From positions 15,856-79,855 of the forward strand of contig JAFTQG010000046.1 in NCBI GenBank assembly GCA_017462915.1: DNA of 64,000 nucleotides, written 5' to 3'. The notes beneath the pieces were generated by a model. The model saw nothing but the letters and a program-made list of their open reading frames with translations. It had not been told where the DNA came from and ran no database searches. The translations under genes were made by a program, and so were the position numbers. Source of the DNA: Prevotella sp. GTDB taxonomy: Bacteria; Bacteroidota; Bacteroidia; Bacteroidales; Bacteroidaceae. Positions 19,335 to 27,469 of the stretch are shown here, piece by piece; positions within the stretch are counted from its first letter, which is position 1, and every line of letters begins with the position of its first letter.

Positions 19335-20195
19335 ATGTACAACTTACTTAAAGGCAAAAAAGGCATCATCTTCGGTGCCCTCAATGACCAGTCCATAGCA
19401 TGGAAAGTTGCAGAACGCGCTGTAGAAGAAGGCGCAGAGATTGTACTCACCAATACAGCAGTGGCCATACGCATGGGAACTCTTGACGAGCTCGCCAAGA
19501 GCACACATGCCGCAGCTGTCATTCCAGCCGACGCCACAAGCGTCGCAGACCTTGAGAACCTGTTCACCGAGGCCCAGAAGGCTCTCGGCGGAAAGATAGA
19601 CTTTGTACTCCACTCCTGCGCAATGTCTGTAAATATGCGTAAGAAGCGCACATACGACGACCTCGACTATGGCTTCCTCGACAAGACACTTGATATATCC
19701 GCAATATCTTTCCACAAGATGATGCAGGTAGCAAAGAAGCTCGATGCCATCGCCGAGGGCGGTTCTATCCTCGCCCTGACATACGTCGCTTCACACCGCA
19801 CCTTCTTCGGCTACAACGACATGGCCGATGCAAAGGCTCTCCTCGAGTCCATCACACGCTCGTTCGGATACATCTACGGCCGCGAGAAGCAGGTCCGCGT
19901 GAACTGCATATCACAGTCGCCTACCCTCACCACCGCAGGCGGCGGCATAAAGGGCTTCGACGGAATGCTCGACTTTGCAGACCGCATGTCACCTCTCGGC
20001 AACGCATCGGCTGACGACTGTGCCGACTACTGCATCACACTCTTCTCAGACCTCACGAAGAAGGTCACCATGCAGACCCTCTTCCATGACGGCGGATTCT
20101 CCAATATGGGCATGTCTCTGAGAGGCATGGAGCAGTATAACAAGTCGTTCATCCCAGAAAATACCGACGAGAACGGCAAGATCATATACGGTTAA
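19335..20195 (+). CDS. fabI: enoyl-[acyl-carrier-protein] reductase (NADH), FabI
   Basis: MYNLLKGKKGIIFGALNDQSIAWKVA... is a typical FabI N-terminus. Length 286 aa. Confidence 0.85.
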   Translation: MYNLLKGKKGIIFGALNDQSIAWKVAERAVEEGAEIVLTNTAVAIRMGTLDELAKSTHAAAVIPADATSVADLENLFTEAQKALGGKIDFVLHSCAMSVNMRKKRTYDDLDYGFLDKTLDISAISFHKMMQVAKKLDAIAEGGSILALTYVASHRTFFGYNDMADAKALLESITRSFGYIYGREKQVRVNCISQSPTLTTAGGGIKGFDGMLDFADRMSPLGNASADDCADYCITLFSDLTKKVTMQTLFHDGGFSNMGMSLRGMEQYNKSFIPENTDENGKIIYG

Positions 20196-20312
20196 ATGGT
20201 TGTTGGTTGTGGGTTTCAGGTTTTTCACAGCCGTAAACCCATAACCCAAAACCACCAATCCACAACCCCAAACCAAAAAACCGCATAACCAAAAAACCGC
20301 AAAACAACCGCC
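20196..20312 (+). repeat. stop-anchored mirrored repeat: GU-rich arm (20196-20225) then AC-rich arm (20233-20312)
   Basis: Begins directly after the fabI TAA. The arms read atggttgttggttgtgggtttcaggttt ... taaacccataacccaaaaccaccaatccacaaccccaaacc ... Confidence 0.6.
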
Positions 20313-20353
20313 TATGGCATAAAACCGATGACATCTCCCATGATGTCATGACA

Positions 20354-20361
20354 TATTTTTG
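20354..20361 (+). promoter_or_regulatory. candidate -7 box TATTTTTG driving the long leader of the PAP2 gene
   Basis: TAnnTTTG match immediately upstream of structured element copy a. Confidence 0.35.
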
Positions 20362-20404
20362 AGATAAAACGAAGAACGTTGTGTCTACATCTTGCTGTAA
20401 TAAA

Positions 20405-20560
20405 GCGTAGGAAACTTTAACACTGATAACAAGATTGGCATGATGGTTCTCCACGTACCATACGTGGGGCTGCCGTCTCCATTCCGTTATCAAGGGCTTT
20501 CCTACCGCCTTTTACAGAGGGATGAGCGATGAGCAGTTCCACGTTTCCGTTTCTCTACAT
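20405..20560 (+). promoter_or_regulatory. candidate structured cis-regulatory RNA element, copy a
   Basis: Closing helix GUAGGAAAC (20407-20415) / GUUUCUCUAC (20549-20558). Inner helix GGCA/UGCC. 8-bp hairpin at 20449-20469. It is a paralogue of 20712-20878. Strand is inferred from the promoter and the downstream gene. Confidence 0.35.
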
Positions 20561-20565
20561 AAAAG

Positions 20566-20629
20566 AATCATCAGTTTCCAACAAACAATCATCCGTTTCA
20601 AACAAAACAATCATCCATTTCCAACAAGC
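20566..20629. repeat. 3 tandem copies of a 21-22-nt unit AATCATCNNTTTCMAACAARC
   Basis: Units start at 20566, 20587 and 20609, between the two structured elements. Confidence 0.8.
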
Positions 20630-20711
20630 AAACCTCCGATTATCATGTAAAAAACATCAACATATCATCAATAATTCAAAGAAACGTTGTGTCTTCATCT
20701 TGCTGTAAAAA

Positions 20712-20878
20712 AGCGTAGGAAACTTTTTTTTACCCAAACATCTGGGTTCATACTGATAACAAGACCCTGGCATGATGGTTCTCCATGCTGTCTGCATGGG
20801 GTTGCTGTCTCCATTCTCAAGTCAAGACTTCGTGTCTGAGCAAAAGATGGAAACATATTGGTTCCACGTTTCTGTACC
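20712..20878 (+). promoter_or_regulatory. candidate structured cis-regulatory RNA element, copy b
   Basis: Closing helix GUAGGAAAC (20715-20723) / GUUUCUGUAC (20868-20877). The hairpin at 20781-20801 has compensatory changes relative to copy a. Confidence 0.35.
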
Positions 20879-20927
20879 CAACCTCGTATTATGGCCGCGC
20901 AGGAACTGACGAGGCCAGACAAACCAC

Positions 20928-21707
20928 ATGGAGATCAAAAACTTACTGATGGCAATTGCCATCATCGCTGTCCTGCCTGCAGAGATGCACGGACAGCAGG
21001 CGGAGCGTGACACTTTGTCCGCAAACAGCAACAATCAAGAGCATTACACATTCGAATGGAGGAAGACCGCCCTGCCCATCTCCCTCATGGGAGCCGGCGC
21101 CATAGCCCTCGCGCCGAGCTTCGTCAGGCACAGCAGCCGCACCGTCACACGCGACATCATCGACCTGCGCGGTGGCGGCAGACGGCTCGAATTTGACGAC
21201 AACCTCCAGTATCTGCCCGTCGTAGGCTCCCTATTCTTAGGCTGCACGGGCATAAAGGCACGGCATTCGTTCCGAGACAGGGCACTGATTGTCGCCACAT
21301 CCTATGCCACCTTGGGAGTGCTGACAAACATACCAAAGCTCTGCATCAACGAGAAAAGACCTGAATTTGAGAGCCGCAATTCTTTCCCCTCGGGACATAC
21401 CGCCACGGCATTCATGGGCGCCGAACTGGTACGCATCGAGTACGGCGGATGGTATGGCGTTGGTGCCTACGCCATAGCGACAGGAGTAGGCTTCATGCGC
21501 ATGTACAACGGCCGTCACTGGCTCCACGATATCGTCGCCGGAGCCGGTGTCGGCATCCTCAGTGCACGCGTCGGAGAATGGAGCTGCCGCCTGTGGCATA
21601 AGGCTTTTCAGAAAAAGAGGAAGAGGGATGACAGCCTTGTCTTCACACCTATCGCCTCCCCTGTCGACGGCGGATACTACGGCTTCGCCATGGGATACGG
21701 TTTCTGA
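20928..21707 (+). CDS. PAP2 superfamily phosphatase (membrane-associated)
   Basis: All three PAP2 motifs are present: KRPEFESR (KxxxxxxRP), PSGH, and RHWLHD (part of SRxxxxxHxxxD). There is also an N-terminal signal/anchor. Confidence 0.85.
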   Translation: MEIKNLLMAIAIIAVLPAEMHGQQAERDTLSANSNNQEHYTFEWRKTALPISLMGAGAIALAPSFVRHSSRTVTRDIIDLRGGGRRLEFDDNLQYLPVVGSLFLGCTGIKARHSFRDRALIVATSYATLGVLTNIPKLCINEKRPEFESRNSFPSGHTATAFMGAELVRIEYGGWYGVGAYAIATGVGFMRMYNGRHWLHDIVAGAGVGILSARVGEWSCRLWHKAFQKKRKRDDSLVFTPIASPVDGGYYGFAMGYGF

Positions 21708-21924
21708 CCGTCACAAGCCATGGCATGAGAAGGCGTGAAACACATTCTAAAACTGAGGAGACAAGAACCGCTACACATTAGAAACCAATGTTTTAGGTTT
21801 ATATCCAGCAGTCTGACGCACGCAACTATAGGAAAACATCGCAAGTCTTCTATCACGAAATCGACATACTGGATAAAGCAAAAGATAGCACTAAACCATC
21901 AGACAACTAAACGACGAAACAACC

Positions 21925-22005
21925 AAAGGTCACCTTTCGCCATGCAAAGGGTGACGGTTGACACTGTAAAAGGTGACCTTTCGGCAGGTGAAAGGTCACC
22001 TTTTG
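21925..22005. repeat. cluster of REP-like palindromic units AAAGGTSACCTTT, 4 units
   Basis: Units: caaaggtcacctttcg, caaagggtgacgg, aaaaggtgacctttcg, gaaaggtcacctttt. Confidence 0.7.
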
Positions 22006-22123
22006 CAAAGACCATGTGCAGGAAGGAAAATGTCACGCCTCGGACGGCTCGGCATAAGGGGCTACCGCGCGGTCTTTTTTGTGAATAATCTCTAAAAATA
22101 TTGCCTTATTAAAGCAAAAAGAA

Positions 22124-22131
22124 TACCTTTG
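22124..22131 (+). promoter_or_regulatory. candidate -7 box TACCTTTG for the BASS symporter gene
   Basis: TAnnTTTG match 124 nt upstream of ATG 22255. Confidence 0.4.
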
Positions 22132-22154
22132 CATCAATTTCACGGATAGCAAAA

Positions 22155-22250
22155 ATCCATAACTGGAAACCCATACAACCCACAACCGAATACCCATACC
22201 CCAACACCCAAAACCATACAACCATAAACCCGTAAAACCGCAAAACGACC
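22155..22250 (+). repeat. AC-rich, nearly G-free degenerate repeat tract abutting a start codon
   Basis: Reads aaatccataactggaaacccatacaacccacaaccgaatacccataccccaacacccaaaaccatacaaccataaacccgtaaaaccgcaaaacgaccgcc and ends 4 nt before ATG 22255. There is no GU-rich partner arm. Confidence 0.6.
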
Positions 22251-22254
22251 GCCA

Positions 22255-23139
22255 ATGACAAGCCTTTTCATAGTCTTACCCATACTGACGCTGCTGATGT
22301 TCGACCTCGGTCTGACACTGCGTCCGCAGGATTTCCTTTTAGTAGCCACACGTCCCAAGGCCATTGCCGTGGGACTTCTCGGCCAACTCATATTGCTTCC
22401 GCTGACGGCATACTGTCTTGCCACGATGCTCGGCCTACCGCCGTTGCTGTTCATCGGCGTCATGCTGGTGGCCTGCTGTCCGGGCGGCTCGTCAAGCAAT
22501 ATCTTCTCCATGCTCGCCAAGGGCGATGTCGCGCTGTCCGTATCACTTACGGCATTAAGCTCCGTCATCACCCTCGTCACCGTGCCTGCCATCATGCACT
22601 ACGCCACAGTGTCGGCAGGCGAGGCGATTGGCGTACGCCTGCCCATGGGCAACCTCCTTCTGCAAAACCTCGTGACGATGCTTGTGCCCATCGTGGCTGG
22701 CATCATCGTGAGACAGAAATGGAACCATGCGGCGGCAAGCATAGACCGTGTGCTGTCAAAGACGGCGTTTCCGGCACTGATGTTGCTGGCAGGGCTCTTC
22801 TTTGTGCAGAACCAGGAGGCTATCGCGGAACACTTTCCGGCCATCGGACTGTGTGTCACCATGCTGATAATCGTCACGACCGCCATGGCATACGGCATCG
22901 GACGCCTGTCGCGACTGAACAGGAAAGAGCGCCGCACAATAGTGATTGAGGTGGGTATGCAGAACGCTGCGCAGGCCATAGCGGTGGCTTCCAGCCCGTT
23001 TATCTTCAACAACGGCATGATAGCCGTGCCGGGCATAGTGTATGCCCTCATGATGAATGTCGTACTGCTGGCATACGTCGGCGGCATAAAGTTCTGCGGC
23101 AGCATGTCATGCAGCTCGGTTTTTGCAAATAAATACTAA
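22255..23139 (+). CDS. bile acid:sodium symporter (BASS) family transporter
   Basis: 294 aa and polytopic. The motif CCPGGSSSNIFSMLAKGDVALSVSLTALSS is typical of the family. Confidence 0.8.
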   Translation: MTSLFIVLPILTLLMFDLGLTLRPQDFLLVATRPKAIAVGLLGQLILLPLTAYCLATMLGLPPLLFIGVMLVACCPGGSSSNIFSMLAKGDVALSVSLTALSSVITLVTVPAIMHYATVSAGEAIGVRLPMGNLLLQNLVTMLVPIVAGIIVRQKWNHAAASIDRVLSKTAFPALMLLAGLFFVQNQEAIAEHFPAIGLCVTMLIIVTTAMAYGIGRLSRLNRKERRTIVIEVGMQNAAQAIAVASSPFIFNNGMIAVPGIVYALMMNVVLLAYVGGIKFCGSMSCSSVFANKY

Positions 23140-23167
23140 AAAAGTTGTTTCATTAAAACAAAAGAAA

Positions 23168-23175
23168 TATCTTTG
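23168..23175 (+). promoter_or_regulatory. candidate -7 box TATCTTTG
   Basis: TAnnTTTG match 39 nt upstream of ATG 23214. Confidence 0.4.
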
Positions 23176-23213
23176 CAAAGGTTTGCAGACTGTTGCAATA
23201 TATAATCACAAGA

Positions 23214-24044
23214 ATGAAGACACATACGATAAGACACCTTGCTCTCGGGCTTTTCACCGCCTTCAGCGTCTCCGGATGCGACATGTTCGAATACCATCCG
23301 TACAGCACAAAGTTTGAGGGCAGGACCAATATCCATGCCGAGAACATTGAGCAGATAGAGCGGCTGTGCAAGGATAAGGAAGAGATAACCTTCGCTTTCA
23401 TCACCGACACACAGGGGAGCAATACCGCCATGAAGGACGCCATACGCCTCATCCGCGAGCGAGGCGACATAGACTTCATCGTGCACGGCGGCGACCAGAC
23501 GGACTTCGGGCTGCCGAAGGAGTTCATGTGGTGCAGAGACCTGATGGACTCCTCTGGCCTGCCTTATGTCTCGGTCATAGGCAATCATGACTGTCTCGGC
23601 AACGGCGAGCACACGTTCGAGTATCTCTACGGCCAGCCGAACTTCACGTTCAACGCCGGATACATACACTTCGTCTGTCTCAACACTGTCGCCCTGGAGT
23701 ACGACTACTCGGACCCCGTGCCCGACTTCAAGTTCATCGAGAGCGACATCGAGACGGTCAAAGGGCTAAATGCCGAGAAAGACTCCATCACACGCACCAT
23801 AGCGGTGATGCACTCGAGACCCGGCGACGAGCAGTTCAACAACAATGTCGACAAGGTTTTCAACCTCTACATGTCGCAATACCCCAGTCTCTTCTGCGTA
23901 AACGGCCACAACCACTGCGACGATGTCAGCGACATCTTCGATAACGGCATCATCTATTACGGCTGCACCAATATGAAGGAGCGCGCATACTATGTATTTA
24001 AAATAAGGAAAGACGGATATGACTTTGAGAAGATCGACTTCTAA
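23214..24044 (+). CDS. metallophosphoesterase, lipoprotein
   Basis: ATG 23214 gives the lipobox ..AFSVSGC. Calcineurin-like motifs are DTQG, HGGDQTD and GNHD. Confidence 0.75.
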   Translation: MKTHTIRHLALGLFTAFSVSGCDMFEYHPYSTKFEGRTNIHAENIEQIERLCKDKEEITFAFITDTQGSNTAMKDAIRLIRERGDIDFIVHGGDQTDFGLPKEFMWCRDLMDSSGLPYVSVIGNHDCLGNGEHTFEYLYGQPNFTFNAGYIHFVCLNTVALEYDYSDPVPDFKFIESDIETVKGLNAEKDSITRTIAVMHSRPGDEQFNNNVDKVFNLYMSQYPSLFCVNGHNHCDDVSDIFDNGIIYYGCTNMKERAYYVFKIRKDGYDFEKIDF

Positions 24045-24762
24045 TCTGCTGCTCTCCACAGCACTCTGCCTCCTGCCCGTGGGCACAATGATGGCGCAGA
24101 CCGACACAATGATGGCGCAGACCGACACGCTTGCCATAGCAGACGTACAGGAACATCCTGCCGACAGCGACAGTATGGAAGTATCAACGCCAAAAGAATA
24201 CAAATACGAGAAACGCATCAGCAAGTACAAGCAACACTGGGCATCGCTGATTCCGAACAGGTTCTCCTTGCAGTATGCCGGCGATATCGGCATGGTCTCG
24301 GCAGGCATCGGCTGGTGTTACGGCAAGCGCGGCCAGTGGGCCACACACGTATTCCTCGGCTATCTGCCTAAGAATCATACGCCGACCTCCTACTGGTCGT
24401 TCACGGTGAAGCAGACCTACACGCCGTGGAGCCTCCCTTTGGGCAAGAACTGGACAGTGGAACCGCTTTACGGCACGATGTTCATCAACTCCATCCTCAG
24501 CGACGAGTTCTGGACAAAGGAGCCTGACCGCTACCCGAGCGGATACTACGGATTCTCAAGCAGGGTGCGTTTCCATCTCGGCGTGGGACAGAAAGTAACG
24601 TTTCTCATACCTGCCAACCGCCGTTTCCTTGCCAAGAAGATTTCCCTGTACTATGAGGTCTCTACCTGCGACCTGTATGTCCGGCAGAAATTCCTCAGCA
24701 AGACCATCCCGTTCAAGGACATAATATGCCTTGCACTTGGCGTGCAGTACACTATCCTGTAA
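24019..24762 (+). CDS. hypothetical secreted protein, possibly an outer-membrane beta-barrel
   Basis: Signal peptide, alternating aromatic/polar pattern, and a 7-aa duplication TMMAQTD at the predicted cleavage region. It overlaps the upstream gene by 26 nt. Confidence 0.5.
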   Translation: MTLRRSTSNLLLSTALCLLPVGTMMAQTDTMMAQTDTLAIADVQEHPADSDSMEVSTPKEYKYEKRISKYKQHWASLIPNRFSLQYAGDIGMVSAGIGWCYGKRGQWATHVFLGYLPKNHTPTSYWSFTVKQTYTPWSLPLGKNWTVEPLYGTMFINSILSDEFWTKEPDRYPSGYYGFSSRVRFHLGVGQKVTFLIPANRRFLAKKISLYYEVSTCDLYVRQKFLSKTIPFKDIICLALGVQYTIL

Positions 24763-24772
24763 ACTTCCGCCC

Positions 24773-25153
24773 ATGGATATAGAACAGATAAGAGACTTCT
24801 GTCTGTCGTTGCCTCAGACATCCGAGGACTTTCCTTTCGACGAAGAGGCACTCGCTTTCCGCGTAAGGGACAAGATTTTCGCGATGATTAATGTCAACGA
24901 CCCTGAATGGTTTGTACTGAAATGTCATCCTGACGTTGCCCTCGAACTGCGCGAGACACACGGCGAGATAAAGGCGGCATGGCACATGAACAAGAAATAC
25001 TGGAACCAGATAGACATATTCGGCACGCTTACCGACGCACTCATACTGGATATGATACGCCATAGCTATGCGGAAGTCGTGAGAAAGATGCCGAAAAGGG
25101 TGAAGACGGAATATCCAGAACTGCTGACAGTGTCTCCCACGCTTTGCGTATGA
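24773..25153 (+). CDS. MmcQ/YjbR family DNA-binding protein
   Basis: MDIEQIRDFCLSLPQTSEDFPFDEEALAFRVRDKIFAM... is typical of the YjbR family. ATG 24773 is preferred over the ORF-track start. Confidence 0.7.
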   Translation: MDIEQIRDFCLSLPQTSEDFPFDEEALAFRVRDKIFAMINVNDPEWFVLKCHPDVALELRETHGEIKAAWHMNKKYWNQIDIFGTLTDALILDMIRHSYAEVVRKMPKRVKTEYPELLTVSPTLCV

Positions 25154-25354
25154 ACCGTCTTTGCGCATGACACAGAAGGCTTTCCGCGCATGAATCCGTC
25201 ATGCTTCGGTGAAAAACCGGCCACATAAAAAAAACAGTAACTTACACCATTTTTCAGCCTACCATTTTACAATTAGGCCTAATTTTTGCATATTAGGCCC
25301 ATGTGGGGTGAGACAATATTTATCGGGAGAGTGCACAAAACTCTTTTGATAGCT

Positions 25355-25387
25355 AAAAAAATTACGCCAGACGATATTGTCTGACGT
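25355..25387 (-). terminator. rho-independent terminator downstream of tRNA-Ala
   Basis: On the minus strand: stem acgtcagac / gtctggcgt (one G-U pair) followed by AATTTTTTT. Confidence 0.65.
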
Positions 25388-25419
25388 AATTTTAGGCCTA
25401 ATATGCAAAAAGTAAATGA

Positions 25420-25496
<77 letters not shown>

Positions 25497-25603
25497 AAAT
25501 GGACGGGTATCGTCGGGTGTGTAAAAGATACGGACTAAGTCCTGATACACTGTCCTTTTGCCTGTTTACCTGTCATGTTTCCGACAGGGACAGATACCCT
25601 TTG

Positions 25604-25685
25604 TGCGCCTGATAGGACTCGAACCTACACGTCGCGAAACACCAGATCCTAAGTCTGGCGCGTCTACCAATTTCGCCACAGGCGC
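25604..25685 (-). tRNA. tRNA-Leu (anticodon UAG), long variable arm
   Basis: Acceptor GCGCCUG/CAGGCGC, anticodon stem-loop CCAGA CUUAGGA UCUGG, 13-nt variable arm, T-loop UUCGAGU. Confidence 0.85.
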
Positions 25686-25697
25686 AAAATGCAGGTG

Positions 25698-25705
25698 CAA
25701 AGATA
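25698..25705 (-). promoter_or_regulatory. candidate -7 box (TATCTTTG on minus) for the tRNA pair
   Basis: The plus strand reads caaagata, 13 nt upstream of the tRNA-Leu 5' end. Confidence 0.4.
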
Positions 25706-25773
25706 CGAAGAAAATGCAAGAATGCAAAACAATGGGACGGATGGAGCATTATAATTACATTTTCTTAACAGGA

Positions 25774-25938
25774 GGTTGGTGGTGGTTTAGTAGTTTGGTT
25801 ATTTAGTGGTTTGGTGGTTTAGTTGATTAGGGGTATAGCCGAAATAACCGATATAGCCGGAATAGAATCTATCAACTAAACGACTAAACACCCAAACCGC
25901 CAAACCACTAAACGACTAAACAACCAAACCACTAATCC
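25774..25938 (-). repeat. stop-anchored mirrored repeat hairpin downstream of the SPFH gene: 8-mer arms with a 9-mer ATAGCCGRA core
   Basis: Plus-strand left arm 25774-25829 (ggtggttt agtagttt ggttattt agtggttt ggtggttt agttgatt). Core 25831-25873. Right arm 25874-25938 (atcaacta aacgacta aacaccca aaccgcca aaccacta ...). The arm bases next to the core pair almost perfectly. Confidence 0.7.
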
Positions 25939-25942
25939 CTTT

Positions 25943-26896
25943 TTACTTGCCCTCCTTGAACAGTTCCTTTATTCCGCCGATAGAGCCGAGGATATTTGTC
26001 GCCTCGTATGGCAGGTAAACGGTCTTTGTCTTGTCACCCTGCGCCAGCTGCTCCATCATCTGGATATACTTCTGTGCAAGGAGATAGTTTGCCGGATTGG
26101 ACGACTGTCCCACGGCATCCGTTATCTTCTGTATGGCAATCGCCTCAGCCTCAGCCTTGCGGATACGTGCCTGCGCCTCGCCTTCTGCACGCAGGATAGC
26201 CTGCTGTTTGTCAGCCTCGGCACGGTTTATTATCGCCAGTTTGTCGCCCTCGGCATGTAGGATGGCCTGCTGCTTGTCAGCCTCCGAATTGAGGATTGTG
26301 GCGCGCTTGTTACGCTCCGCCTGCATCTGCTTCTCCATAGCCTGAAGGACAGACTCCGGCGGCATGATGTCCTGAAGCTCCACGCGGTTGACTTTCACGC
26401 CCCATTTGTTTGTAGCATCGTCCAGAACGGCACGGAGCTTCGTGTTGATGGTGTCGCGTGATGTCAGCGTCTGGTCAAGTTCCAGTTCGCCGATGATGTT
26501 TCTCAGCGTCGTCTGCGTGAGCTTCTCAATGGCATTCGGGAGATTGTCTATCTCGTAAACCGCCTTGAACGGGTCCACAATCTGAAAGTACAGGAGTGCA
26601 TTGATCTGCATCTGTATGTTGTCTTTCGTAATCACATTCTGCCTGTCAAAGTCATAAACCTGCTCGCGGAGGTCGATGGTCGACGAGTAGACATAGCGTC
26701 CGCGGTGCATCGCTATGATAGGTTTCGCGCGGTCGATGAAAGGGATTATGACGTTCACGCCTGGGGAAAGCGTGGCGAAATACTTGCCGAGACGCTCGAT
26801 GATGCGTGTCTCTGACTGCGGCACAATGACGAGTGCGTTCTTTGCAAAGATGGCCACCAGGATGACGATGGCACCGATAACATAAATTCCAACCAT
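25943..26896 (-). CDS. SPFH domain / band 7 family protein (stomatin-like)
   Basis: N-terminal TM segment, SPFH core, and a C-terminal coiled-coil with repeated AEADKQQAIL(R/H)AEG units. It is paired with an NfeD gene. Confidence 0.85.
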   Translation of the reverse strand: MVGIYVIGAIVILVAIFAKNALVIVPQSETRIIERLGKYFATLSPGVNVIIPFIDRAKPIIAMHRGRYVYSSTIDLREQVYDFDRQNVITKDNIQMQINALLYFQIVDPFKAVYEIDNLPNAIEKLTQTTLRNIIGELELDQTLTSRDTINTKLRAVLDDATNKWGVKVNRVELQDIMPPESVLQAMEKQMQAERNKRATILNSEADKQQAILHAEGDKLAIINRAEADKQQAILRAEGEAQARIRKAEAEAIAIQKITDAVGQSSNPANYLLAQKYIQMMEQLAQGDKTKTVYLPYEATNILGSIGGIKELFKEGK

Positions 26897-26998
26897 ATTG
26901 TTTTCAGTTTTTGGTTTTAAGCAAGAGACTTCAGGCGCACGGCGACACCTCGCCGCAGGCCATGGCTCTTGCCAGTATTAGATGATGGATATAAGATA

Positions 26999-27469
26999 TC
27001 ATTCTATCGGCATGACGGTGATGATGATGCTTTCGCGAGCGACCACCTTCACCCTGCTGCCCACAGGGATTGTCATACCGTCCAGTGACTGCGCCTTCCA
27101 GTCGTCGCCGTCTATGGCGACACGGCCGTATCCCATGCCGGTAATCTGCTCGCTGACGCGTCCCTCCATGCCCAGCAAGGCATCGGCATTGCTCGGTTTC
27201 TCACACTCCTTGGGATGGAGATACTTCTTCATCAAAGGGCGTATGAGGAAGATGCTCACTGCCGTGGCTATGGCAAACGCCGCCAGCTGCACGGATATAC
27301 TCCCTGTAAAAAGCGACACCACGAAACTCAGCACTGCTCCGCAGGCGAAGCAGAAGACATACAATGTGCCCGTAAGCATCTCGACGATGAGGAATGCCAC
27401 TGCCACAATAAGCCACAAGGCCCAGTAGAACGGGAAATCGCCGGTACTGATAAGGAAAAAGTCAATCAT
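26999..27469 (-). CDS. NfeD family protein
   Basis: 156 aa with N-terminal TM helices and a C-terminal OB-like segment (RVAIDGDDWKA..GSRVKVV). It lies upstream of the SPFH gene. Confidence 0.75.
   Translation of the reverse strand: MIDFFLISTGDFPFYWALWLIVAVAFLIVEMLTGTLYVFCFACGAVLSFVVSLFTGSISVQLAAFAIATAVSIFLIRPLMKKYLHPKECEKPSNADALLGMEGRVSEQITGMGYGRVAIDGDDWKAQSLDGMTIPVGSRVKVVARESIIITVMPIE

Noticed and set aside
20437-20480. Fluoride (crcB) riboswitch resemblance of GGCAUGAUGGUUCUCC
   Set aside because: The P1 pairing, the pseudoknot complement and the conserved 3' CUGAUGA-type segment are all absent. The downstream gene is also not a fluoride exporter.
21735-22088. 117-aa plus-strand ORF after the PAP2 gene
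   Set aside because: It reads through the REP-like GGTSACC cluster (..KGDLSAGERSPFAKT..), starts at a non-ATG codon and has no motifs.
26100-26300. Repeated DNA inside the SPFH gene
   Set aside because: It encodes the normal coiled-coil repeat (AEADKQQAIL.AEG) of stomatin-like proteins and is not an independent element.
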